Assembly (NCBI GenBank): GCA_051294905.1
Contig: CM119371.1
Span: forward strand, 7,874,001 to 7,938,000
Length of the DNA stretch: 64,000 nucleotides
From: Botryllus schlosseri
Lineage: Eukaryota
Reading direction: 5' to 3'
The translations under genes and the position numbers were made by a program. This document shows positions 19,201 through 30,090 of this stretch, in pieces. The stretch's first letter is position 1. The number at the start of each line of letters is the position of its first letter. The notes beneath the pieces are model-generated. The model was not told where the DNA came from and did no database searches. It saw only the letters and a program-made list of their open reading frames with translations.

Positions 19201-19626
19201 CCCTGGGATGATATTTGTGGCGTCCTCCAGAAGAAAACTGGGGACCAAATGGAAATGGATGAAATACGAAGCGTCATGCAAAGGTGCGACAGAGCAATAA
19301 CCTCGGAATATGGTCTGGCGGCCGCCCATGGGCATACAAAAGGGACGCCCCCTCCGTACTGTAAATATGGAGGTAACGAGGTATTGTACCACATGACGAC
19401 CGAAAACAATGCAAGACGGATAATGTCCGCGGGCATTGAACGGATGAACAGGAGATTCATTCATTTGAGCAAAACTCTAACGAAAAAAAGCAAAAGACGT
19501 AATGTAGTAATTTGCATGAAAACAGCAGATCTAAGGAATGAGGGACTCGTACTGCTGCAATCAGACGTACAAGAAGTGGTGTTGTGCGAAGGCCCTATAC
19601 CACCCACAGTCATACAAAAGATGTAA
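16153..19626 (+). CDS. pol: Pol polyprotein: aspartic protease - long spacer - RT - RNase H - Tpt1/KptA; no integrase
   Basis: FLADTGS (D at 16402), LDLKKAYF, MPMGLKTA, YIDD (18172-18183), VETDASD...KELKA...TDN...SDGLSR, then a Tpt1-like domain up to the stop codon. Confidence 0.95.
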   Translation: MDGRGAKSRCTTFKKRHGVLIDPVNQLPDKLIFQHIKTVHNSSLPLFTFLDMPDDPLQPDFTELFGSQLLYLVDTATGTKFLADTGSIPNLIMKKVVITKYPQSWEERQPIDMELTGIGGSSQVDSFVVIDFDGLSVPFVTGSGVPLNIIGLKWIEEIQQLPSITTEFKTPSNANDELSLASLLEENHCDQGNGTKVGSSISYPVTNDGLMDAANQFSVERKMAAGASTEMEVTTGAIDELKIATNVIPNPWETGGVETGMPLYTINKNVERGIPAGVKMELHEKTDPENFRGCTCPNGLEDSAHSCMTTVTVISTFPNGSNEAAIAGQPDTRPDMSDKESGDFRMHVSPEKGSPAEKESVGVAIGAGTRLDQRPTSKDLALSPPTPTTRSSRISNQPRAGPITTYALQKDTHPRVKTELENLCAQSVALAKLPYKPPDLTTPENTIISDDVWKAIYEPFASELEDLRGHLGGPQTMKYKCDIELKDPSTKPFVSGPYNLKGEGQAKALKEAVDNFLDLGVIERGFAEWKLAIFVVPQKMNERQKQEDGWKQAWRVVQNLQPLNAAIKSIEVPPPLVPDVKQLAQGREVLSLLDLKKAYFHMDVTERSKQYVGIAIKGMHVRWRKMPMGLKTAVALWSANMQECVVKPITENYRKYMKQNGRSDEENATPMEAYIDDIFLSTKTVEDHLILLRMVFEQLAKMKLTVSINKCFIGKRRVNLLGATLTGKEIEVQPERIRALRELSPPHNVYELRGWIGALRYISEHIPELSLKLAKFDALTGKVPATQGRVTPVLWTNELLQDFKTAQAALDDAKVLYHVDPNLPIFVETDASDIGFGSIIFQTEKGCKPPFEEVYPIAYYSQKWATPTAKAYDPCTKELKALKDSVEKWQSMLRALPFTIITDNTGVFGLLKRMTDKAKNPSPKPLIQRWLNHLAGFQIKEVIHLSTMQVFTSDGLSRSYWMEMAAGEDDPHVWATIPKKKSSSYLQKRPRPEKIQQMLMYHCRHELCDNSVDGFHPWDDICGVLQKKTGDQMEMDEIRSVMQRCDRAITSEYGLAAAHGHTKGTPPPYCKYGGNEVLYHMTTENNARRIMSAGIERMNRRFIHLSKTLTKKSKRRNVVICMKTADLRNEGLVLLQSDVQEVVLCEGPIPPTVIQKM
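16192..16235 (+). promoter_or_regulatory. -1 programmed ribosomal frameshift signal (gag-pol)
   Basis: A AAA AAC at 16192-16198 in the gag frame, 5-nt spacer, then hairpin GGGG(U)GCUGAUU-loop-AAUCAGCUCCC (16204-16235). A -1 shift enters the pol frame. Confidence 0.85.
19120..19623 (+). other. RNA 2'-phosphotransferase (Tpt1/KptA) domain at the Pol C-terminus
   Basis: MLMYHCRH (cf. LSYxLRH), DGFHPWDDI (cf. DGWVxxDEL), DRAI (cf. KxRF), AAHGHT (cf. RAxQGHS), LYHMT (cf. LYHGT), GIERMNRRFIHLS (cf. GLxxMxRxxVHLS), VVLCEGPIPP (cf. VxLxxxVPP). Confidence 0.85.
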
Positions 19627-19726
19627 AGCTGTTTTTGGCAGAGTGTAAATATGTGATATAATAGGGGTGAACGGCCGAAACTCTTATAATGGGTGTAAAC
19701 GGGAAAAACTGAAACCTCGTAACTAG

Positions 19727-19751
19727 AAAAAATGCTGAGTCAGCATTTTTT
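19727..19751. repeat. 25-bp palindrome with a central AP-1-like TGAGTCA
   Basis: AAAAAATGCTGA-G-TCAGCATTTTTT, flanked by direct ACCTCGT repeats (19714-19720 and 19752-19758). Confidence 0.8.
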
Positions 19752-22700
19752 ACCTCGTGTGGAAAAACGAGAGAATAAGAAGAAAGAAAGGTTTAAGTGA
19801 TGTAAGAAGTCAATTGAATTTAATGATCATGGGGAATCATGATGAATAACGTCAAGTAGACACACGAGTAAAGCGGGCATATACTGCACTAGTTCCCAAG
19901 TTGTTTGTAATATTACTCCTGTGATATTTGTGACATTGAAAATGAAGCTGCTGGAGATCATGAACTAGTGATTACAGTGGATCACAGATCTGAGATAGCT
20001 GAAACTGTGAGAACTGTAGGCCTATTTCGGAGTAATATCGGGGACAGTATATTCAACTTCTATATTGAGGCGTTTGCCTCGTATGATCTCTCGGCAATTC
20101 AAGATAAAGGAGTAATATGACTAATCTTGACAGACGATGAAAGTAAGTAATTATTACCACAAATAAATTGGTAGGCTACTAGACTAGGATTACACTCTTA
20201 ACGCATATTGGAAGAGTTGTTTCGGGGTTCCGAACGACACTGATGCCAAATATGACCTTGGTTTTTTCGAATTGTCTCTGGTTTTGGTGATATCCCATGG
20301 GGTTATTTTGACCAAAGTCACATTTTCACTGTATGGTCCAGATAAAAAAACGGCTAAGACATTAAATCTACTTGTTATACTAAACACTGTATTAAATCAA
20401 AATGCAGTAAAATAATTATATTTGGGGTAATTGGATTTATCATAATTGGAGTTTTTTATTGAATATTTCTTGAGAGACCACGTCATATTTAGAGTGGTGC
20501 CCCTTTAATTTCAACCTTGCAATCAATTTCTTACAACCACGTTGCTATTTTTGCGCTGAAGAGATATTTCCATGGCTAAGCCAAATCGTGACTCTTCTAT
20601 ACCTGTGCAGAGAAAGCTGTTTGCAAAGTCAACACATCTACCCTCCCGAACTTAGCGTCGACGAGCATCAAAAGGAAATAAGTCAGAGTGGAAATAGAGG
20701 GTGCCAGATGAAGAGATGCTGCAAGATAGAATGAGAAGAACTTTTAAATCAGGCCGCGACAGTATGTCGTAAATGGAAATATCAGCAAGAATACTGATGG
20801 AGAATGAAGATATACCCAGTTTTGACCCATGCTCCCTTGGTAGGTACAGCCTAACGCAGTGGTTTCAAACACAACATTGCCATTATCGAGTCAACCTGCG
20901 ACTTTGCAACAAACCCACAAAGAGTTCGTTTTTCAGAATGCTATGATAGTACAAAACAAACTACATATATATATTGCTGAAATAATTTACGATAGCTGTG
21001 ACATATCCTCGAGAACAAGCCCGACTTGTGCTTAAATTGAGACTACTGATAGTACTGAAGGCTCCTGCAGATTAACTTAATTAATTAGCTATGATGTAAA
21101 TCTGTCACAATGTTCAGATTTTGGAAGAAGTGAAAATATGTTGCCTGAATCAAGCCTGTTTGGATGTTGACTTGACCTCGAAGATTTTGGAAATAACTTG
21201 GAGCTCTGCACTCAGTCTCCTGCAACCGCAAGAAATTCCGATAGAAATTCAAAAAGTTATGGGTAAGTAAGAGACTTTCGCAAATTTAGTTAGTTGGCGG
21301 TCAATATCTGTCGAGTAGTTCTAGTCGCGGATTGGGAAAAATGATTAGTTCAAATTTTAGTCGCGGGTTTCGGGAAGTGAGTAATTCTTGTTCCAGCTTC
21401 GCAGTTGTGTAGGTGCCCAATAACTGAAAAACACATGTCATCGCGAGGGTGGGTTGAAATGGAATAGCCTACCTGAGTGATTCCACAGATCTAGTTAGTT
21501 TAGGGGCGGGGCAATTATTGTTCTCTGCAGGCCACTTCAGTAATAGAAAGTAAGTTGGCGTGCCGAGCCGAGCCAACATGTTCAGCTATATTCTCCAGTG
21601 TATTGATTTTATTTTAATGGAAAGCAGTGAATTACAATTTTAATAAATACGTCTCCGTGGATGTGTTGATATTAGATATAGCCTAATGAGAAAAGTACGG
21701 TTAATTAACGAAATGAAGATTTATATTTATTTTCCCTCCTAATTCAAGATAATGTTGAACATGATACATTTTGAATTCTCTGTAATCCAGGTTTTTATAT
21801 CAATACATTAAACGGTAGGCTATATCCTAACAGTTGCGACTTGATGAAATTGACATATATATATCGGTTTCGGTCGACATGTGGCGGTACTTTTGGTGAA
21901 GGTTTCCTCGCCGTTAAGCTTTTTTGCAGCACACTTCGCACAGTCAATTGTTAGCCGAAACGTCATTGTCAACGTCTTGGTGTGTCCTGACGCGCTAACA
22001 GCCGACGCCGAAATGCTGATCTCTATAAATGAGCTGTTTTTGCGGGTAGAGTGGTACCCATATTATTATCAAAACATCTAGTCACTATATATCGCGCGAA
22101 GAAAATTTGAATGAAGTTTCATAAATTATAGGATTTATGTCCATTTACGAAGTATTTTTTGGTGCTTCGAGGTCGGCCCTCTCCATTTGAGGGGTCTGGG
22201 ATGCGGCAGTTGCAGCCCTCCGTTTAGTGCTCCATACCTTCTTTGCATTTCAGCTTTCGACATTCTTTGGCCATTCACCCTTTATGTATGATGAGGTCTC
22301 AGTCAAAACGCGCACTGATAATGGCAACAAAGAAGGTTTGAACCCAACCATATGGAGGGAGTAACTTATTGTGACTAATTGTTACAACTTTGCTACATTG
22401 ACTTGATTTTAAATCTGGATTACGCATACAAGCTTGGGAGGGACGTAGGCTATGTAATCGCGATATATTATTGAGCAGGTTTCAAAGTAAATCAATTTCC
22501 GTTCCAGCTCAATTTATCCAGCTTATGGTTTTATTCCACGCAGCAATATTCAAAAGTAGGTTTTATGTCTTTAATTCCAAAAAATAGCCACGCGTGCTTC
22601 TCAAAATAGCGGGGCTCACTTTGCCCATGACTGAGTTCGATGTATTATAGTTCGTTAGATGCGGATTTATAAAGGTCATAACTTGGTAGGATATTATAGA

Positions 22701-23836
22701 AATAGGGTATTTCAAGTTGCCGATTTTAAAAACTGTCTGGTTCCTAAGGCAATGTTAAAATTTGCATATTTTTGCCACGCCCATATTTGCAGTTCACACT
22801 ACACAGACAGTAACTGCATTCATTTAATTTTTGTAACTGCATTTATTTAATTTTTAAAAGGTTTTTTTTTCTCGAGTGTTTCACTTGAGCTGATCTCTCA
22901 CTTCTCATTCAGGTAATCAGAAATTGGACTGGGTGGTCGGCATCCCCACCATTTTCAATGAACGCTTCGACAGCTTCCTGATTGTGGATAAGGTGAGTTG
23001 CTGATAATGGCCAAAACTGGTTTGCTCAATAATACTACAAGACAATACTACAATACTGATAATAATACTCAATTCAGATTCAAGTGCTCGAATCATTATG
23101 CCCAGCCCTACAAACAATGTGAGTTTAGTGTGCGCCATTGCCTCGCGGGAAAACCAGTCAAAAACCACTGATATTGTTAGTTGTGATTTAGTTCGTAAGC
23201 TCCTAATTTTAAAAGGTTGCTAGTACTAGTTCTAGTATCGAATTTTAAAAAGTTCTAGGTATAGTTGTAAGTTATAGTTATATTTGTGGATTTTGATAAT
23301 TGAGTAATTTTAGTTACAATTCTAGTTTTGAATTTTATATTGTGATTGATTAGTCCTAGTTTTAGTTTTACTTGCGGATTTGAAAAAGTGAGTAGTTCTG
23401 TTTTCGGAATTCCCAGAAAAGACACAAACAACCTTTGGCCGGGTCACAATCACCAAAGTTGAACTCCGTCACCAAAATACAAGTTTTCAAATCCTGGATT
23501 CACCGCCCATCCGTGCATTAATCCATCCATTTATTAATAATTGGATAATCGTAGGTCGTAGCATCAAATAGTATAGTGGTGCAGAGGTAAAGGAATGGAA
23601 GACTGTGCAATGTGCATGTGTGCATACTTGATATTGTCAAGTAAAAAGTAGATTTTGTACATACCGAGACAATTCATAGACAAGGTCAATGTAATGAGGT
23701 GCTAATAGATTTTGTCATCTTAACTGGCTGTGATTGATACAACTTTAAACCACCTTGGAAACTATTCATCTGTATTCTATCAACCTGTGTGCCTTGAATA
23801 GTGCATGGATGGTAATGACATTTATATTCATTATAG

Positions 23837-24089
23837 GATCCGAAGAATGTCTACCCGACGATGAAGTTCCATACTCTTCAGAAAAAGTGGACAATCCATT
23901 TCGTTGGGGAATCTGTCGATGGAATAATTTTCTCACTCAAAACTCGATGGAGTTTCCATCATACATTGGCGACATATTGCGTTTTTAACATCAAGTTTGC
24001 GCCAGCGTCAGCGGGTTCATTGAACTTTTCGCAGATTTTCTTGCAAACATTCCAGATGTCAAATACAGCTAAATACATCGAACCACAGG
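23837..24089 (+). CDS. Orphan exon with CUB-like signature (paralog or upstream gene)
   Basis: AG/GT-bounded, open 84-codon frame containing GIIFS...YCVFNIKF...IFLQTFQM; not linked confidently to other exons. Confidence 0.35.
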
Positions 24090-24899
24090 GTATGTGTACA
24101 TTAGTAGAGGTGAAAGGTCAATTTGAAGCATTATTAGGACATGGGTAGGAACATGGATGTCAACAGGTCTTCATGGATGTCGACAAGTTATCATGGGCCT
24201 TTTCCATGTCAACATGACTCAGGTGGGACCAGGTCTAGACTATGGGTACACCCATGATTATTTTTACAGTGTAATGTTTATTTTTATACACCATATCCTG
24301 CAGTTTGCATCAAATATGTGTCCGAGATATCCTTGGATGATTGCATCCTTTAATCAAAAATGGGTGAAAGCATCGACCCGGATCGATACCATTCCTTTTT
24401 TTTCTTAATAAGTCAACTGAGCCCGTTGCGATATAACTAATTATATGATAAAGGTGTGGCTTTCTACATGGTATGGAAAAGTAATGTGGCTAAATTCGTG
24501 AAAATTTGCATATTTTAGGTATATGTCGGATCGCAAAAACTTGATGGGATGGAAGAAAACCAGCCGCATTTTCGGAATCAGCATGCCAAAATTAACATTA
24601 ATCAAGTGCAAAATCAAAGTCCACAAATTTTTCGTTCATAATTGTTGCCCAGTGTAATCTGTCGACCTCTACTGGTAGGTAGTCAGTGTTGATGAGTAGA
24701 GGCATAAAGATTGCCAAAAAATTGTCAAATACAGTAGAAGTAGGCTATAACGCAATTACTGTGACATGTCGAGACTACTTGAAGTGAAAGCCAGTATGAT
24801 TACCTGTTTAGTATTTCTAACTGAATGTTATAGCCCACACGCATCATATCCCCCATAGCTTGTATTCATTTTAATGATCAACTAACTTGGCATATAAAA

Positions 24900-25900
24900 T
24901 GTCGATAGAAATACGCTGGTACATAATCTAAAATGAAGGAGAACACAGTTATACCACGTTAAGCAAATAACAGCTTGAACACCCGCTTACGGCACGATCG
25001 TTATCCGAAATAATGGCTTGATGGATTGGTAATTTCTCGTCTAATTGCGTGATTCGATTAAAAGACCATATTCCCATCTGTTTATCATGTTCCACCATTG
25101 CGTCCGGTGTATAGCATTGCACATTGTGTATCTTGTTGGGATGGATATGGAAAAATCACTGATATATTTATAAGAATCGGTAACTGGCCTTCTGAGTGAC
25201 TTCACACTATGTCGATTCGGCGATGACTTAATAATGCAGTCGGCTCTCAATCTGATATGCTTCTCCTCACAATCTGGTAACGGTGTAGTCCTCTGACAAG
25301 TAAGCCACATAAATCCCAAATCCGAAAAAGGCAGAGGAAGAGCGCAGACAGAATTTAGGCTCTAGGACATGGATATTCACATTTATCAAGGCTTTGCTGC
25401 TTTGTGTAGCCTACAGCAAACATATTTTTTCATCCGAGCGTGTACAAAACTTTTCGAATGAACTGTATAATGATTTGACGCTCTGAGGCTGCAGTAATTC
25501 GTTTCATACTGTGGTGAACTTGATGCACTTTCGGTATGTCGTGAAAATCGCTACTTCTACTTGTAATTAAGTAGAAATTACCGACGTTACTTCCACTAAT
25601 ACTTGAATACCAAATGCCGACTAATTTAACAGATCTCTTAAAATCCTATTTGCAAACAATTGGTTTCGATTGAGGGTCGCCTATGCCCTAATCGATTTTG
25701 TCACGACCATGTGTTTCGCTATTCTGAATTTGCTATCGCTCAGTACAAACATCAAATTTTACGATCCGTCGTTATCGCTTTATCGTTATACGAGTGGAAA
25801 TCAGCGTGGATGATGGCTTTGAAAAGGCTTCCTTGGAGAATATTCGGAGGTAAAGTATATTACGGTATAGAATTGTAGATTGTAGGTACAGTCGTATAGT
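24900..25900 (+). repeat. Dispersed repeat; a second copy (56850-57354 plus 63009-63520) is split by a hAT insertion
   Basis: Collinear similarity, e.g. aaaatgaa.gagaacac...ataccacgttaa and gctctgaggctgcagtaa; the copy here is the empty site. Confidence 0.8.
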
Positions 25901-27143
25901 TGATTTCGAATGAATAGTACTTGAATGAAGATGATGAAAATGTCCTGTTCACGTTTATCTTCGGTGTTAACCTTGCCAATTTATAGATTCGCGCTCGCGA
26001 GACCACGATATAAGCAGGATAGCCATAACCGGGAACCGTCCATATTTGTAAGATACGTCCTTATTTTAAAAGGCAATCTTCAGGGTTGTAATCAAGACAC
26101 AAAGTCACGAGTCACTGTTCAATCCGACTATTATAGTTTCGACCTAGTCAGAGTTGAAAGAGTCGAGTCCAAGTATTAACTGTCTAGTCTCGAGCTCAAG
26201 CCATATTCAAATTACTTATCACAACTATTCTTGGGAGAAATCTAATATCTCGCATTCACAATATACTAATTTCCCTTATTGTTTTTTCAAATAGATAAAA
26301 TACAATTTCTGGCTTCATTTAGGAAGTACCTGTCTCCCGTACAGGTGGACGCTATACCAATAAATGTGTGCTTACTATTCTCGGAATTAATACGAAATGC
26401 CTTTCTTGGCCATCCTAATAAATAACCGATATATAGCATACAGTATTTAGTGTATTTCCAATGTTAAGACCACCCGATATGTTAATTTACCAGCAGCAAC
26501 ACAAAACCCACCACATATTCAGTGAAACGCCCATCACAGAGGTGAAATTTAGGTATGCAGAGATGGAACCGGATAGGTTCGGGACCGTACCCGAAGGTTG
26601 TAATTGCAACATGATTTCAGCCAAGAAAATAAAGAAATATGATCGTCATATATCAGTCGACTGGTCATGCGATGCAAGACCGAAATATTCTCTAAAAGTC
26701 TAGACTGGAACCGCAAACTAGACTCGACTTCGACCACCACCTAATCGTCTTTATTACAGCCCTAAATATGGAGGGAAAAGGGTCAACAACCAGCGATATA
26801 ACTTGATGAAAGTATAAACAACATTGCGTCGTCGCAGTTGAACAGTGCACTATGAGCAAGAGTATGCGAACCCGTGACAGATGGCTCAGAGTTCTCAGGC
26901 TGTACGCCTCTCTGGAATTGTCATTTCACAATAGTGGAATTATCGCATCTTCAAATCATTGTAAGAAAATATGAGACACCAAGTATATGACTTGAACTCA
27001 AGTCAAAGAATGTCATGACTTCGTCAAGCGCATGACTTGAGTAAAGCCGAGTACACGAAAAAACACGACCCGGGTTATTTATCTAAGACTAGTAATTACC
27101 GCCAATCTTCATTTCCTCATGTATCGTGCTTCGTATTCCTACC

Positions 27144-27189
27144 ATGTGTTCTGTTATTTACTCGTCTTTCTTTGTTTACCTGCACTCTG
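27144..27189 (+). CDS. Host CUB-like membrane protein, exon 1 (start of signal peptide)
   Basis: accATG, MCSVIYSSFFVYLHS, donor g|gttagt in phase 1; completes a signal peptide with exon 2. Confidence 0.5.
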
Positions 27190-28120
27190 GTTAGTGCTGG
27201 AATAGTAGTCGCCTGTGTAGATTGATTTTGCTGTAAAGATTAAATACATTGGTTTCATACTGGAAACTCGTCGCGTATGTTAACCGTTTTAAAAGGACCT
27301 AGATTGTAACAGATACAAACACCGATTTATCAAATTACGCATAACCGCATATATGCTGGGCTGTCGTTAATTTTTGACTCATGTCGATGGAAACTCTGCT
27401 TATATGTCATCTTTGATACTGTGAAAAATTTAGTGAAATAGCATAATTCCCCTGCAATCTTAACATTGTTGACCTAAATTCTTAAAATCTCAGCTTCGTA
27501 TGACTTGTTGCAACGCTGTTGCAGTATACATTAGTATAGTGACACTTTATGGGGATTGGTGGTGGTAGTAGACAGTGAATGGAACATCAAGCCTCAATGA
27601 ACCCTGTATCCTAAAACGATTGTCTCAAGGTTGAAGTATCATGTTGCTTTGATTGTGAAGAAAATTTATTAGAGATGATCATGTGCCAATATTCCCACGC
27701 AAAGGTTACAGTTACAGAGTTACGGTGACTGGGGTAACCGAATATAATGTTTGGGCGCATATGATTGTGTACTGTGCAGGAATTTCCATATGCAAAAAGG
27801 TCGTATTCTAGTAATATTCCCAATTGACCGTATGTATAGTATAGGCCTACTTGTATTTACGAGTGAAAAATATTGTTCCCTTGCATGAAAGGATGAAAAA
27901 CTTCTAGGGCGTACTATTCGCTATGATCTTCGGGACACTTATACTCGTAGGGTTTTTGTCTGACGCATCTCAGACTTTATTTGTATTCGGAATGGTTCAA
28001 ATATAAATCAGTCTGCATCATGATATAAACTCTCGATTACCGGTCGGCTGGTGCGTGCATAAATACACTACTACGCTTGCAATGATCGCGACGTCAGCAA
28101 TTTGTCCGTTGCTTCAACAG

Positions 28121-28327
28121 GCGTATTCCTGATCACATTTGGTAAATGTGAAGTCCAGACAGTCATCGGCTCCAGTGGTACATTGCACATCGACAAACAT
28201 GCCCCAGACGATGAAGATCCCGCTTGGGAATTTCCAAGTGACACATGCAAACAAGCCATACTTTTAAGGTTCGAGTCTATGGACCTTGTTAATCAAGATT
28301 GGTGTGTGGGAGAATTCGATATTCATG
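28121..28327 (+). CDS. Host CUB-like membrane protein, exon 2 (first half of CUB)
   Basis: cag| to |gtgagt, phase 1-1; CEVQTVIGSSGTL...AILLRFESMDL...WC. Confidence 0.75.
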
Positions 28328-30090
28328 GTGAGTATTTAATTTCGTATTTTATTCGCCTTTCTATCACACGGCTATCAATGTCGTTTACGAGTATGTCGGA
28401 GGCTGGCTAATTGTAGGACAATATATAGCAATTACATTGTCATGAAAAGAAAAATTTATGATCACTATTACAGTTACTATTCGTATTTTCGGCCAATTAA
28501 CTTTTTTCAAATTTACACGACTTGTAAGCAATTTGGTCAATAACGAGATACTTGCACGTTTTCCGAGTACTCAAATATTTTTGTCTACTTGTACTGTCTA
28601 CTCAACCGGTTATGTTTTCAGACTACTTACACGTCTAATTGATACTTTTTGAACTTTTTATTTTGTAAAGTAGAATAAAGTAAAATAGTTTCAGTTTTGC
28701 ATCACTATTATGCGTGAAATCGTCACGAGAACAGGGCGAAAACGTCACTGCATCACGTTCATTTAGTATAATTTTAGAGATATCACCTATTTGTGGTGTC
28801 ATTTGCCATTTTCAGTTTGTCATGAAGATTAACAGAGTAATATCGATAGTGGCCACCTTCGATCAAATCATTTTAAATTTTGAGACTATTAGAGCACTTT
28901 CCCAATCTTCTTTTCCGACTTCTATTTAAAGTATTTTAGACGTGTGTTTGGAAATGGTACGTCTACTTGTAATTGAATAAAAATATACGCCGTTACTTCT
29001 GGTGTAGCAATGCTGACTACTTGGACCACCTCTTCTTGTGCATTATTCATGATTACTACTACTGCTTCACCAGTTACATTGCTACCTGATAGAGGTAGGG
29101 GAGATGTGGTACCGATGGATCACTGGGACCGAAAATACTTGAAAAATTATCCATGATAATTCCATGATTACACTCCGTGAATTTGTCTACAATTACATGC
29201 CTACAGAATCTTTCCACACATGCCAAAAAATTCGACCTGCGTTAGTAATGGGTTCTGTGACGAATGATTTACGTTTTAGGGGGTGTAAATAAAATTTGGA
29301 TCGACATTTGCATTTTTCCATATCACCTTTCAGACTAACAATCCCGCCGTAATTTTTGATGTGAAGTATAGGGCTTGTATCAGGGTATTTAATGGCACAT
29401 ATTTTTCTGAATCAATACCATCCTCGAGTGGACTATTTTCAAGTCAATTACTAATTTATGGGGTGGGGGACCAATGATACCATAGCCAAATCAAGCAAAA
29501 TAGATGGACCAACTAATCACTTAACAACAGAAACTCGCCTACATATATATAGGCTGTAAATCATAGTTACCTGTGGTGTTTTATCGCGATTACGAGGTAT
29601 TTGAAAGTCAAAATGTCGATTTGCGGGTAATATGTATGTGGCATTAATTTTGAAAGTTTACGCGTAAATCAAAGCATGATTTTATGCCAACATTTGAGTT
29701 TATATAACCTATTTTATTCTTGAAGGTCGCGACGAAACATTCTTCATTGGCTTGCTGTAGCTTAGCTTATAGTACACAGCAAAACAAGTTAACAAATTTC
29801 AGTTTTTTAGCGCATATCTCATAGGTCCCATGGTCGTGTGCTATTGGACCCACCGGGTGGGGTCCGATGACACGTTCGAGCAACAAATTTTAAACGCTTA
29901 TAAATATTTTTTGAAAAGGAGGATATTCATGTTAATGTCCGCGACAGTTAGAGCTTGTATCGAAGTGTTGAGACAGCAAAAGATTTGCTATTCTCGGCTG
30001 AAGATTTGGCGGCCAGAGCTCATTTTGCAATTTTTGATCCATCGGTACCACATCTCCCCTATGCTTTCAATCTAGATTAGTGGCTCTTAA

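Larger units (their letters stand above)
3157..19759 (+). mobile_element. Large cargo-carrying Ty3/Gypsy-like retroelement lacking integrase in Pol (boundaries approximate)
   Basis: Uninterrupted run of co-oriented + strand ORFs 3390-19626, with PBS, CCHC gag, -1 frameshift and PR-RT-RH. Linkage of the cargo ORFs to gag-pol and the exact ends are inferred. Confidence 0.7.

Noticed and set aside
19761-19860. 3' PPT (aagaagaaagaaagg, 19777-19791) and start of a 3' LTR
   Set aside because: The following sequence matches nothing upstream of the PBS and runs into host exon-like DNA; unresolved rather than supported.
26461-26703. Sushi/CCP-like exon
   Set aside because: Key cysteines are missing and there is no convincing splice donor.
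28940-29094. Additional exon of the CUB gene
   Set aside because: The long version has a stop and phase conflict; the short version is unnecessary for a complete domain and unsupported.
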